From Takakia lepidozioides (lineage: Eukaryota > Plantae > Bryophyta): a stretch of 64,000 nt of DNA. Below the pieces are notes generated by a model, which saw only the letters and a program-made list of their open reading frames with translations, had not been told where the DNA came from and ran no database searches. The position numbers and the translations under genes are program-made. Of the stretch, positions 1-13,217 are shown one piece after another (the first letter of the stretch is position 1; each line of letters begins with the position of its first letter). The DNA is taken from contig CM060733.1 in NCBI GenBank assembly GCA_030704615.1, positions 42,036,001 to 42,100,000 on the forward strand, read 5' to 3'.

Positions 1-2234
1 CATCCCGCGCATCTCGTTGGATGCCCGTGGTACCTGGATATGTCTGGCGGTATTCTTGACGAGTCTGAGAAAGATCTGCACGCCTTGGCAGAAGAGAAGA
101 GAAACGAAAGACGTGTCCCTGCTGGGCCAAAGTCGGCAAAGGAATCTGCTGCTCTGGAAGAATCCAGAAAGGCAGCTGAGATGGCACAAAAGACGGTGGA
201 TGCAGCTGTGCAGGCCCAACAGAAGGGGTCAAAGAAGAGGACTCGCCAGCAAGGAGCAGCTGTTGTGACACCCGCCAAAACGAAGAAGCAGAAACAGCCT
301 GTTCAGGAAGAGGGTGAGGAAGAGGACTCCGATGGAGACTTTGCAACCAGCCCACCCCCCCAAACGCAGGCTGCCTCCCCTGTGCCCACCGTTGTCACGA
401 GAGGCACGAAAACTGGCTCGGCAAAGAAGGCACTCTTCAACCCCCCAAGGGGCACCCTTTCGAGCCGGTGGAAATGAAGAGGCCGAAAGTGGCTCCCGAA
501 ATAGTAGTCCAGTGTGTAAATGAGAGTTTCTTGGCGGCTTTGGATGGACGGGCAGCCAAGTTGGCATACATGAAGACCATGGAGGGTCTGAAGGGCAGAG
601 CACTGAAGAAGGCGACTGCCGAAGAGCCTTCCGACACCCCAGGATTTCAGAATATGGTCTCGTTCTTTGAGAGGGTGTGTGCAGACAAGGATTGTAGGAG
701 GGGCGGAAATGCCACCGAGTGGTCTTGCGATATGATCATCTTGGATATTCCGGATGGAGAGCCTGTGGAAGGACTGCAAGCTTTGCCATCTTGGAACAGG
801 TACTCGGAGGACTTTTGGAAGAAAGGATTCGGGCTTGCCTGCATGGTGTTGGACGACAGAGGCTGTGTGGTTGTCCTAGCGAGCAGAGGAAAAAACACTC
901 AGACAGGAATTGCGAAGTGGACCCGCAAGAGCGCCGTCCCGATTCTGAAAAAGAAGTGGACGTGCATCAACACACTGGGCCTTCGGTCGGAAGGGAAGAA
1001 GGTGATTACGACATTGGCACTCGTCCATTCATTTGCTTGGGTGTTTTCAAATGCGGTGCCGCATTCGGTTTCTAATCGTTTTCCCCCTGTGTATGCAGAC
1101 GAAGCAGTTCGATGCATACTGCTTTGTGAAGGAGAACTCCACCTTTGCTTTCCGGAAGGAGGGAGGAAAGGTTGACCCGAACTGCGACCCCCTCGATTAC
1201 GACGTTCTGTTCAACAACGTTCCCAAGGAACTTCTCCCTCATAGCCTCACTTCAACGGAACCCCTGCGGTACTCACAGACTCGGAGCCCTGCCTTCATTC
1301 AGACAATTATGGAGACATGCACAGACGTGGAGGGCACAGTGCTCGACCTCATCTGTGGGACAGGTATGCAGAATCTTGATCTATGCTGTTCTGCAAATTC
1401 TCGTTAGGATGTAGTTCGCAACATCTGAAGCGCCATGTTGTAATGTGTGGATGGCATTGTAACAGGTGCCTCAATGTGGGCTGGGCGGTTTTCCGACCGG
1501 CACCTCTTTGCCTACGAGGAGGATTCATCCGTGTGGGGATCCCATTGGAAGGGCTGCAACGCAATGTTAAGGCTCCCAACAGAGCGGAAGTCTCATCGGA
1601 TTCGTCGGAGTCCGAGGAAGACACAGTGGACATTGATGCGGAGGAGAACCCGGAATACGAGTGAGTGCAAACATTGTAAGTTTGCAAAGCCTTCTGGGTC
1701 ATTTTTGTCAAACAAATTTCCGGATTGTGGTTCTCATTAGTCTCGTTGATGATTGTCATGTGCAGGATTGCAGGGTCCGGGTCGAAACATGTAGGGCCTA
1801 CACATCCTGCCAGGAAGAATGTCCCGTTCTTTGCGAGGGCCGACTTCATGACGAGCCCGGTGAGGGACTACTCCCTTCCTAGTTATGCAGCTAAACTCGC
1901 AAATACAGCGATTAGAAGAAGTGAGAATCCCAGTAAAGTAGAGCAGATTTTGGAGAGGGCTAGGGAGGACAGAAGGATAAGGAAAGAGTTGGCAGCAGCT
2001 CAGACAGGTAGACGGGTACGAAAGTACATATGTGATTCAGTGGATGAGAGCGACGCAGATAGGGAGGAAGACGACCCAACGGAGGTGAGATGGACAGTTC
2101 CGCAAGGGGAAGATGGGATTTTCGAAAGCCTGGCCAACGAGCAGTCCGCTGGAGATGAGAAAGGCAATGAGGGGGTGGAGGCGGAGCAGGACAGTCTAGA
2201 ACAGGATGAGGATTCGGATGATTTTCAAGATTAA
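1..2234 (+). CDS. ParB-DNA methyltransferase fusion, family C copy 1, 3' exons (methyltransferase part; small indels)
   Basis: Contains CDMIILDIPDG, RSPAFIQTIMETCTDVEGTVLDLICGTG and, after an intron, ASMWAGRFSDRHLFAYEED. The last acidic exon is about 1767-2234. There is a homopolymer frameshift near 445. Confidence 0.75.
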
Positions 2235-2373
2235 TAGAATTTTAATGAAGTCTCTGTAAATGTAAATTCTCTTCCAGAGTATATAAAGGAAATTCTCCCC
2301 GACATTCGTGACCCCTCTCCAGTGTGCATTCCATCCACACAATCGCCCAAACCACGACGCTCCCAAAATCGAA

Positions 2374-3095
2374 AATGGGGCACCGCATTTCCAAAATTTT
2401 GGCAACTCTAAAAACCTCTTTTGGAAATGCGGCACCGCATTTCCAAAACAGGGGAGGGACTAAATTTTGCATTTCAATGTTGGCATAGTAAAAAGTAATC
2501 GGCCGATTGGAAATGCGGTGCCGCATTTCCAAAATTTCCTTTGTCCACACGCCAGTTTTGGCCTCTACCGCTCATTGCATGGATGCCACCACGCTTACAG
2601 AGGTCGAACAAGGAGGTCGAACAAGGAGGTCGAGATGGCGGAATTGGAAATGCGGTGCCGCATTTCCATATTGGGGAGAACTGCAGGCCCATCAGCAAAA
2701 ATTGGCACCGCATTCCATTGTCAAAAAAAAGTCGATGACGGACATGGAAATGCGGCGCCGCATTTCCAGAACGGACATCGCAATTTGTCCATTTGCAGAC
2801 CCTCTCACGGAAATGCGGTAACACATTCCATCGCGCTGGTCGGAAATGTCACACTTTTTGAAGTGTTGGACGGAAATGCGGCACCGCATTCCCTTGTCCA
2901 AAAAGAAGTTTCCATTGCCAAGCTGGAAATGCGTCGCCGCATTTGCAATGCCAACCTCGTTGTCTGTCCAATTTATAGACCCGTGTTGGTATTTCGTGTA
3001 CCTGGACGGAAATGATGCACCGCATTCCATTGTCTGACACTGAAATGCGGTTCATACATTTCCATGTCGGCATTGAAATGCGGCACCGCATTTCA
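2374..3095. repeat. Cluster of family C palindromes GGAAATGCGG-YR-CCGCATTTCC
   Basis: About a dozen irregularly spaced copies, e.g. at 2423, 2508, 2646, 2746, 2872 and 3074. Confidence 0.9.
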
Positions 3096-3352
3096 ATGTC
3101 CGACATGGCGTTACTCTGGTATATTCTTGACACATGACTCTCATACCGGTTACTCTGGGTATATTCATCCGGACAGACAAATTGTAGAAATGAGACATCA
3201 AATTGTAAACAGTGAGCCAATTCCGACAGTTATTCAACAGAATGAAACACAATCATACAGAAGTGAGGTACGATGGGTTTATTGATCGGACACGATGTCT
3301 CACATTTACCAACTGCAGACAAAACTAAGCCCTTCCTCCTTCTACATGGGCT

Positions 3353-3931
3353 TCACCAAGTCGACGGAACTTCGATACCCCTCAAAACAAGCTCATTACT
3401 GCTGCGGCACCTCGAGGTAAACTGCAATTCGGTCGTTCTGCTGCCCTTGCTGGAGCCGACGACAATGTCATGTCCATCAATGATACCACCATCATACATT
3501 GACAAGGTCACTGTGGGCCTCATGTGCCCGTGCGATTCGTCTTCGCAACTCAGCCGAATGTCTCCATACACTGGAAGAGCGGAGTGATCTGCACGTATAT
3601 AGTTTTCCCCGGTGCCGTCCTCCGTGGTCCACTGGCAGCAGTTCCAGCGCCAAAGCGTGGCCGTGCGTGATCTGTCCGACATCCCTTTCCAGCTTGGTAT
3701 ATCGAGGTCAACAATTTTCAGGACCCACGGACCGCATTGACCCTCGCCCTCACCTCGCTCAAAGCGGTAATAGCCCTCCAGATACTCCATTGCGCGCAAA
3801 GACTCTTGCTTGATTCCAGCAGCGTCTGTGAAAACAGAGAGCCAGACAATGATGTCTCCTGATTCTGGTTTGAACATAGCATAATCGTGGCCATGATAAG
3901 GGCAGTCGGCTGGATGTTGGTGGCACGGCAT
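3353..3931 (-). CDS. Unknown cargo protein, about 192 aa (paralog 1)
   Basis: Intact ORF from MPCHQHP. It aligns end to end with the ORF at 4488-5051 (DYAM..SGDI.W, FERG, RWNCC.WT, YGDIR, DGG.I.G.DIVV). Confidence 0.7.
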   Translation of the reverse strand: MPCHQHPADCPYHGHDYAMFKPESGDIIVWLSVFTDAAGIKQESLRAMEYLEGYYRFERGEGEGQCGPWVLKIVDLDIPSWKGMSDRSRTATLWRWNCCQWTTEDGTGENYIRADHSALPVYGDIRLSCEDESHGHMRPTVTLSMYDGGIIDGHDIVVGSSKGSRTTELQFTSRCRSSNELVLRGIEVPSTW

Positions 3932-4487
3932 CCTTGAAAAAGAGTAGCGGAGTACGCTCAATGACAGCAGCTCCCGGATGGAGGAGGAGCAGCGCGGTGG
4001 CTGGAAAAAGTTCAAGCTAACGCTGCAATTCCTCACAAACACTCCAGGGCACATTTAAATTTCCCCCCTACAGGATCCTGGACCGATGAAGATTGGCTGC
4101 TGCATGAATGTAGCCGTTTCAGTTTCCTACCCTGCCATGCAAACTATGGGCAGTCATTGCCAGGTGGGCCGATAGCCACTGGACACGACGAAGTCCATCC
4201 CCTCTTCGATGTAAATGCGGCGCCGAATTTCCATCCGGGGGGATGGACTTCGGTGGCAGATCTCAAACTATAACTTGTTGATGAGAAAGATGTATGGGTT
4301 CATCCACCGCTGGCGTGATGAACACGTTCCACCTCCGTCGGTGGGTACGTGGGACCCAGATGCTCCATTGTTGGAGGCCGGACTACTCTTCCGCTTCGCA
4401 TCATTTCCAAAATCTAAGGGCTTCGTAGCTGTCCGCAAGGTCATTGTCACCGGCATCCAAGTGGTCCTCAGGTCCTCGTTTGCAAGG

Positions 4488-5051
4488 ATGCCGTGCTTCT
4501 GGAACCGGGACGACTGCCCATTTGGAGGCATCGATTATGCAATGTATTCGGCCACATCGGGAGACATTGTTATCTGGTACACAGATTACAGAGAAGATAC
4601 TGGTTCGATTGTGGAAACATTGGTGGCTTTTGAGTATATCGTAGGCCACTACGCCTTCGAGCGGGGTGACAATCTTGGTCTGAGGAGTCTGCGGCTCCTG
4701 CGCATCCTCGATTCCGATTTTCCCAGCTACGACGGTCACCCATGCAGAAGAAGACGCACTGCTATGCTGTTGCGGTGGAACTGCTGCCACTGGACGTGGG
4801 TGGACTCCATCGGAGAGACCTATTCTCCTCAAGGAGTGCGCTCCTCTTCTCCATTGTATGGGGACATTCGCATTGGTGTGGACGACGAAAACGTGAAGAT
4901 TTCCATATTCGATGGTGGTATGATTGAAGGGCAGGACATTGTGGTGAACATCACTAGGGGCGGTACAACGGCTGCAATCGACTTTACTTGGAGGAGCCCC
5001 ATGACTCATGAGGTAGTTCTGAGAGCAGTTGAAGTCCCATTGACAACGTGA
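4488..5051 (+). CDS. Unknown cargo protein, about 187 aa (paralog 2)
   Basis: Intact ORF from MPCFWNR with the same caaggATGccgtgc start context as paralog 1. A second copy lies at 22606-23166. Confidence 0.7.
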   Translation: MPCFWNRDDCPFGGIDYAMYSATSGDIVIWYTDYREDTGSIVETLVAFEYIVGHYAFERGDNLGLRSLRLLRILDSDFPSYDGHPCRRRRTAMLLRWNCCHWTWVDSIGETYSPQGVRSSSPLYGDIRIGVDDENVKISIFDGGMIEGQDIVVNITRGGTTAAIDFTWRSPMTHEVVLRAVEVPLTT

Positions 5052-5394
5052 CTTGTATTCAGTAGGCACAGGGCTAAAGATTTGATTGCACAATCAGCAC
5101 AGTAGACGTGCTTCAAATGCAATTCATGTGGATCAATAAAAACCTCATTGTGCCCTCTTTTTATTCTATTCTGTGTCCATCGTTCTGAGAATGCGTCATT
5201 GCTCATTTCGTTTGGGATTGGGAGTGTGGGTGGATTTTGCAAGTGGCTGGTAGGCTGAAATGGGCCCCCATTGTACAGAGCAGTACCACCCTTCCATTCG
5301 CGAAACATTGCCTTTCAATATATAATTCTAAATAACATTGCCGAACCTCCTTCATCGGGAGGTCCTTCTCCCCCTATGACCGTGGCACCCTAAA

Positions 5395-5514
5395 CCCTAT
5401 TCCTGCGGACACTCATTTCCGGAAAATAGTGCTGCTCATGTTTTTTTCCACACTTACGACTCTGCTCATGGCTCATGCCGCTCATGGCTCATGGCTCATG
5501 AAATAGCAGCCCCC
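5395..5514. repeat. Family C terminus (GGGGG-type end) with subterminal CATGAGC repeats
   Basis: The reverse complement reads GGGGGCTGCTATTTCATGAGCCATGAGC and aligns in register with the element A end GGGGGGTGCTATTCCGTGAGCC. Confidence 0.8.
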
Positions 5515-6029
5515 CTTTTGAATCCAGCCATTCCTCCCATCGCCCGTAGTTTTGGAATGACACTACAAATCTCTTCTTCATCAGCTTCTCCAACCACAGT
5601 AGGAAGGACTGGATTTGGAATTTCACTTATGTCATCATCGGACGAATCCGAAAGCTCAACGATTGGAGTGGAGAACGTCTTGTCTTCAACCACCACCTCC
5701 CTCTTGTCTTCAACGACCGAAGCAGTAGTCCCGGGCATCACATATGATCCAAGGGACTTTCGTCAAGGCTCTCGAAGTACTCTGTATCGACCAAGGCGCA
5801 CTCTCCACTGGCTGACATGAGCCGTCTCATCACGGTTTTGGAAAGAGTATTTCAACAACTTCCCTTTCAAATCGTACACCTCTTTCTCCAAAAAGATGGA
5901 GCCATTCTGAAGCTGAAAACGGGTAGCCAAGACATGTTCCAGAACAATTGCAAATCCATTGTCAAGGACTTCCTGGGAGAACGGCACTGGTTTGTCGTCA
6001 GAGAAGAACTCCGCTTCAGAGGAAGCCAT
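5515..6029 (-). pseudogene. Family B transposase N-terminus, truncated by the family C end
   Basis: MASSEAEFFSDDKP... matches 55298-56356. It has an internal stop and is cut off after MAGFK. Confidence 0.85.
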
Positions 6030-6376
6030 CTTCCTTCCTCGCGTACGTTGATACCTTGCTATCGCAGACCTTCAGTGTAAATCGGTTTATTGATGTCTCC
6101 AGAACACAGTTGAAGAATGAGCAGAGAATATGGCGGAGGAAGCTCAGACGACGACTGTGCATATTCTGTTATTCCTTCCAGATATGCAGCCGTCCATTTT
6201 AAGTACTTTTTTTTTGGGCCCTGTGGTCAGAGTATCCCTAGGAGCAATGTCGGCAGCTGTTAAACCGTTAATCAGAACCTCATCAATAAACACAATAACA
6301 AGCCGATTTCCTGGAAGCATGCCACAGGATCTGAGGGTGGGATTGCAGATTAAGTAAATGCATCTTTATACTACTA

Positions 6377-8523
6377 TAGTGTGAAAAGAAGGGGCGTGAA
6401 TCCCCTTCTATATAATTCTAATTGTGCTTCCTTCCATTCTAAGCGGAGCAAAAGAAAGAACGTTCTTCTAATCTGTCCAACTGTCGTCACTTGGCTGTGG
6501 GTTTCCCTCAGGTCCTTCGTGATCAGAGTTCAAGCAATCCTCATCCACGCCGCAGCGGAAGAGAAGACATGGATGGGGAGTCAAATTGTTGTTCACTCTT
6601 GGTTCTACCTTTTACACAACATCCTCTACCTGCAGGTACAGCACCAACTATGTTGCCACGATGTATTCAGTGATGCAATCAGCCCTATGTCAGTGATAAA
6701 CACTGCCCTTGTGGGCAGTTCCCTTGTTTTGCAACACGTCGGAAGCCCCTTTTTGTAATGAGATCACGGTCTAGGTGGGTGGGCAGCTCAGATCTGCCAT
6801 GAACTGCAGGCCCACTAGTTTGATCATTCAGGGTTCATGTCTTCTTGACCTTGCCTCTCCATTTGTCCATCCCTTATCAACCCTTTCTCCCTTTTCACTT
6901 TTTCTTTCTCTCAAACTCTTTTTCCTTCGTGTGTGGATTCCTCACTTTTTCCACAACAGCATGGCTATGATGCAATGCAATGCACATCCAGCCAGGCATC
7001 CAGTGCATCCATCATTGGAGTCAACCTTGGTTACAAGACATGATCTGCCCCTCTGTCAGTCTTTCTCTCTTTCTCTCTCTCCAGTGACTGGTCCTTGCAC
7101 TATCTTTCCCCAAGTGGATCCTATTTGGCCAAGGTGCTTCACAACCCTTCTACAGATCTCAAATCACACACCCTGACAGCTCTCTTTTTCTCCTCAACTG
7201 CAAACCTCAGTCATTCACATGTTGAGAACACTTCTATAAATCAGATCCAAACCCCAAAACAGTATTGACTTTTCTTCCCCATCCACGTCATCCCTCTCAG
7301 TTCTTCAAATCCGTTTCTGTCTGACCATCCCTGTTCTCCTTTATCCACCAAGCTAGTTCTACACTGGCTCCACTGTTTTAACATCCAGGGCTGTTTTGCT
7401 TATGCTGGCTGAAGACACTGAAAATAAAGAAAAGGAACACAACAACAGCAACCATTCTGACCCTGAGGTGAGATATCCTTGTCCCCTCTCTCATTTTCCT
7501 AATGACAGTGTAACAACAGGTGCATCCATCTCCACCCTATCCTGGTTTGAATTCCAGTGTCTTCATTCCATTTTCAAAGGCCTTTTCTACTCCTCACATT
7601 TCTGTCCCCTTCAGCAGATACAAGAGACAGTTCCAAAAACTTCACAAAGTCATTCCTAAGTGCCCAAAAAGAGAAGCCAACACTCTTAAAACTTATCTGT
7701 CTTATACTCGTGTGAAGTGGTGGTTCTGCCTGCCAAGCTGGCACCTCACCATCGCTGTCATCAGCCATATTCAACGCTTCTCCTCATCTTGATTCCAGTT
7801 CTCATCATGTCATGACGGCTTGCTTCATCAGCTGGCAACATCCTTGTGCTTGCCAACCTCTACCCTATCCCTCTACATGTGTACTTCTGCCCTAAGGATT
7901 GATGTGCTCCTACAGCTCTAAGACAGAAGGCAACTACAAGTCTTAATTACAGATAACCTGAGTCGCATCCACACCAGCCTGCACTTCTCATTCCCCAACA
8001 GCTGTTGTTGCGCTCCATCTCCTCATAACTGTACTCTTCAAGACAATGGCGGCAGCGGTAGTGCACCGCTCTTAGCACCTGCTCAGCTTTCAAAATTGAT
8101 TATTACCACGCAGAAAGAGGCACCGCTTCTCTTTGCACAAAATGCCAAGCAGATCCCTTAACGTCGCGCTTTAAGGCAAGCTGATTCACATGGTGCAGGT
8201 GTAAGTTCCCAAGCCAGCCTGCCTGACAACACTACGGCAGCAGCTGTGAAGAGTTGCCCGTCGTCTTCCTCCTCGTTTTCCTCAGCTCGAGTTTCTAGGT
8301 TAAACATACGTGACGAAAATCATTCATTCCAAGGATGAAAATGCGCATGTTATGACTTAGCCATATTTTGTCCTAGCAGAGCAAGAGCATAGTGTTCCCA
8401 TGGAATTACCTGTAGGCCTGGGTAATTCCCTCCCGACATTAGTACCAGGCACTCCCTTCTTCACCAATGCCGTAATTTGATGCCCAACAAAATTTTCAAT
8501 GTTACTCCCCTGCATTCACACTA
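6377..8523. mobile_element. 2.1-kb insertion of unclear class
   Basis: Absent from the homologous site in family B copy 2 (about 56700). Bounded by a 9-bp inverted repeat TAGTGTGAA...TTCACACTA. No long ORF. Confidence 0.65.
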
Positions 8524-8939
8524 CACTATTACCAATGATCATGCGCACCTGGAAAGCTCAAAATGTGAAACGAACGTGGGGTTGGCTAACAAGGATGAAC
8601 GTGTATGATATCCCAAAATTTGTCATCAAACTCTCGTTCATTTACATATATTTGTCTAAGACTGTGCACCAAGATTTCTGGGATTCGCTGTTATTTTTAA
8701 ATATTGAAACCGTTCTAATAAAGAACACGCCGTATATTTTGGGCGACACACGTCAGACATCGATAACTATATTGAATACGAACAGCTGTACACTAATTGT
8801 TGGCATGTGCACTAATAAGGGAATGACTATGTGTAACGGTCACGCGAGAGGGAATCCGATGCTTCTAGAGACAAGCCACAACGCACGCAATCCCGCAAGA
8901 AATCGGGAGTCACTTCGTTTTTCTACTTTTCACGCTTAG

Positions 8940-11900
8940 AGGGAGAGTGGGGGTCAAGCTGGAGAGGGTTCCTTCTACAATACGAAAGAGAAGAAAGTCT
9001 CTTTATTTTACTTCCCTTAGAGAGAGACGCAGAGCAAGAGAGCAAATGACGAGGCGTCGTTTGTTGGAGAACACAGGGCCAAGGCAGCAGGTGAACGCGG
9101 AGACTGATTCACAAGAGCAGACTGAGACTGAGGCAGCGGCTGTGACACAGTCGGCGATAACAGTGCGCGTTGGAAACCAGCCTGTGGATGCAGAGATGAC
9201 TCGCAGGGAAACTGAAGGAGGTGGAAGTACGGGGAACGCTGAACCGGGAGAAGGTCCAGAAACCCTAGAGCAGACAAAAATTCCAGCAAGATGTGAGAGG
9301 GAAGAGGAAAGCTGCAGAAGGGGATCCAATTTCAAAACCTAAGAAGGCGCCAGTAAGTTTTCTCTAACTTCCATTTCATTGTTGAAGATCTGCGTAGAGA
9401 TTGAGTGGAATGTCCCAGAAAGGGATTGTCGCTACCGACCATCACCATGAAACAACGGTGATTTGCTTTCTACTCCTCTTTTAAGGGTTTTCCGCACAAT
9501 GGGTACCGTCATTCACTGTTGTTCAGATCATACAGTCTGTCTGATTGCCTTTCAAGCAGTCCTTCCTCTTCCCTTCTTAAGCAGGAACATGTGATTGAAG
9601 TCTACTGAATTGCAAGCGTCGTTAACGCCATTCGGTTCTCCTCATGAGATTTATGTACCTATGTGTTTGAAGAGAGAGTGAGGGTTGGCATATTCAGTCA
9701 TATTGTTTTGCAATGCATTTTCTTTGTTTGAGGTTGAACAGATAGAGAAGTGGAAAGGCGGTACCACCAATCAAAGATTTGAAGACCATACTGTAGATTT
9801 AGGTAGAGTATCGATTGGAAAGTACTCTCGACATAGACAAGAAACAGTGATTGCTTGCGACGTTCATCACAATGGAGTCAATCTGAATAATCTGCACTTA
9901 CTGTCCGCCCTAAACTATACTGAGTGTCGTTGCCGCCAATCACTTACACATATATGTCATTGCACAACACCGATCCGGCAGGTCCCACTCTTTTGTGATT
10001 GTCGTTAACGCCGTTCGCTCTTGCTCAAAACCTTTCTATTCCTGTGTCCCTAGAATCATAGTGTTTTGTTTTGAATTCGGCAGGATCAGCTTTGCTTGTG
10101 TAGATGGTTCTGAATTTGTTTCACACCATTCATTGTGAGTTGAGACGAGACAGAGTGATGGTCGTTACCGCCGTTCACTATTTGCACATTACTCAGTCAG
10201 ATTTGAATGGCATCATGCAGAAAATTGTGAGGTCCAAGCCTACAGGATCAGAGGGGAAAGGATCTGGAGATGGGGACGAGTCTGGAAAAAGTTCAGAGAA
10301 TAGTGATGAAGCAGATGAATCTGAAGTGCACTACCTTGACAAGGTGAAAGAACTCATGTCATTCCAGAAGGTAAACTCTCATGAGGCTATAAGGGACATG
10401 CTCGTATCTGGAGGGCGTCTGGACATCCCTCTATGCCGGATGATATCTATGCCTGTTGTGCATCCACCTCTTTCCCATGACATAACAAAATTGGAGAGTG
10501 ATTTCGTGCATGGATACAGACTCGGTGCACAAGTTTTTTATGTGTCATGGACGGATACAAATGGGAAAAGCACATTAGTGTCTCCAGAGATTAGTGATAC
10601 CTGGGATGAGTACTGGAAAGATGCTAATGAGGAGTTCGAGCTGGGCCTCATGATGGGAAAGAACACCCAGCAATTCTGCAACCACATGTTCTACGTCTGG
10701 GACGGCAACCACCGATTGCTGGCATGGATGGGATACATTCAGAAACATCATGCGAAAGACAAAGACAAGCATGTTGTTGTGGAGGCAATGGTTTTGGATC
10801 CTGGAAACGACATCGCTAGGCTTCTTACAGCTATGCACGACGTGAACAAGTAAGTCATCCTAGAGACTTCATTCCTTCTGTAGTGTCTTGTTAATCCCAA
10901 AAAAACAGTGTTAAAGAATGCAATGTTTCCAATGTTTTTGCAGATCGACAGAGAAATCGCATGTGACAACAAGCTTGGTCCACACACTATTCCGAATTCA
11001 GAGGATTGGTCTGATGAAGCTGGATGATTTTTGGACAGTACTCCACCCCAATATCATCAAGAAGTGCGAAACTGGAAGAGCTGCAGGCACTTGGTATTCT
11101 TTGACTCGAGAGGCGTTTCTGGAGTACATGTATGCGGTAAGCCCGAGTCTGTACTCAGTTTACTTTTCGAATACATGTTTGTAGTTCCTTCAGTGCTAAT
11201 CACTATTTGAATCAATGCAGCAAGAACTAGCAGAGGCAGCTGAGAAGGGAAAATCCGAATATTACCGCACTACACCAGAAGAACTAAGGACATCAAAGGG
11301 TGTGGAAGCAGCAATAAAGAAAGAGTCTGAAATGCGAAGAACCAAATTGATGTCCGCCTTCGGAAAGCAGCTTAGAATAGTAGATCCTGGACTTGGTTCT
11401 GAGTTCCTTCAACAGATCAAATCTCACTATGACAAGCATGTGCATCCGGAGATGCAGCAGGAGAAATTGCACCGACTGGCCATATCCATGGTCGACCCAC
11501 AAACAAAAATAAGGTGGCTGGAGATATGGAACTCAGATCAGACAGTAAAGGACTTGAATCAGTTCCAAAGAGCACCATACAGCCTGGCACAAAGGTGGAA
11601 GGAATCAGTGATTTGGTGTTTGATAACTGGCTCCACAAGGCTACATTTTGGAGTCATGTGTGTATTCAAATAAGCCGTTTTCTTTTCTTCAATTATGTGA
11701 TGAGTATCTTATTTGCAATACTGACAAATATACAATTTGCAGCTCAAAAAGCGCGCCGTCATTGTGCTGGATCAGACTTTGAAGGACTTGAACATTTCGA
11801 TTGTTTCCCCTCCCCAAATGTCATTGGAGGCATACATAAGGAAGTGGAGAGGTCTCACCTGGAGATACTGTTTTTTCCGGGAGTTCTCCAAAGATGGTAA

Positions 11901-13217
11901 CATTTTACGGTCCAACGATTTTGACAGTCAGGATGGAGGAGATTGGGCCATGATGCGAGTTGTGTACAGGTACAATATCATACTGGAAACTCTACTGCAC
12001 TTTTTGGGAAATAATTAGGCTTCATAAGGATTGTAATCCTAAATCCAAATTGAATGTTGTTGACGACATTCACTTCTTTGTCTGAGTCATTCTTAAGCGA
12101 GAATTTGAATTCACCTGGATTAGGAGCTTAGGGGTGTATTTATAGTGTCCCTGATTAGAATTGATAATGTCCCTGAATGGCGTTGACGACATTCACATCC
12201 AGAGTTGTTAAGAGGTCCTCAGAGATATGCAAGTTTTTGTAATGTCCATAGAGTTTACAGGGAGGGTTCCTCACTCCAGTTTGTTGAATGTCAATGCAGA
12301 CATTCAGTTGTTCTGCAATGCTTTTGCCTCTTGCGAGAAATCTTAAGGCTTGATTAGCTGTGTTATCAGAGATCCAAAGTGAATGTCGTTGACGACATTC
12401 ACTTCTATGTCTGTGTCATTCACCAGTGACAATTTGAATTTACATGGATTAGGAGCTTAGGGTGTATTTATTGGTTCCTTGTTCGGAATTTTGTGGATGG
12501 CGTTGACGCCATTCACATCCAGTGTTATTATGAGGTCCTCAGTGTTATGCACATTTTGAATGTCCATTGAGTTTTTAGGGAGGGTTCCTTACTCGAGTTT
12601 TTGAATGTCGTTGCCGACATTCAATTTCCATCCAATGATTTTGCCTCTTTTGAGAAATCATTAGGCTTGATTAGCAGTGTATTCACAAATCCAAAGTGAA
12701 TGACGTTGACGACATTCACTTCTATGTATGTGTCATTCCAAAGCGAGAGTTTGCATTCACGTTGATTAGGGTGTATTTGCAGTATCATTGAATGGAATGT
12801 TTTGAATGGCGTTGACGACATTCACATCCAGAGCTGTCGCGTGGTCCTGAGAGCTCCTTGGAGCAGTTCTCAGAGCCATTTCATTCCTTGTTTTTTTCAT
12901 TCTGCGCTACTTGCATCTTACTCACTTCGCGCTTTGGTGGGTTGGGATTTATCTCCTGTTTAACAGGTACACGAAATATGTGCTTATGGAAGGAAATCAC
13001 CTGAGCGGTATTCCAGACTATCTTGACATGTGGTCGGACCCCAGCAAACGATCCAACCATGTAAACTGCAGGGATATTGAAGGACTGGAGTCCTTCTTAC
13101 TTCAGAGACTGTGGCTGGTACCTTGACTGCCCACCGGAGCACACGACCTTTCAAGAACAACACATGAAATATTTGAACAATAATGCTGAGATGCTGGCGC
13201 CTCTAACTGACGAGCAG
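8940..13217 (+). pseudogene. ParB-methyltransferase fusion, family B copy 1, exons 1-6 (truncated before the methyltransferase domain)
   Basis: Contains RKRRKSLYFTS and the ParB exon with FYVWDGNHRLLAW (about 10221-10849). There is a frameshift near 11565, and the gene is interrupted at 13217 by a family C end. Confidence 0.8.
12050..12825. repeat. Intronic family B palindromes TGAATG(T/G)CGT-TG-ACG(A/C)CATTCA
   Basis: About 8 copies spaced roughly 95-125 bp apart inside intron 5. Confidence 0.85.

Larger units (their letters stand above)
1..5514. mobile_element. MULE family C, copy 1 (right part; runs off the window start)
   Basis: Near-identical to 18821-23622. It ends in (GCTCATG)n-AAATAGCAGCCCCC, after which the sequence switches abruptly into family B transposase (compare 55840 onward). 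Confidence 0.85.
5515..13217. mobile_element. MULE family B, copy 1 (internal fragment bounded by two family C ends)
   Basis: Collinear with about 55840-60893, apart from a 2.1-kb insertion and intron indels. Confidence 0.85.

Noticed and set aside
2242-3285. Many short ORFs with MRRRIS / KCGAAF / GNAAPHF peptides (also 21-24.9 kb)
   Set aside because: They are simply translations of the family C palindrome in different frames.
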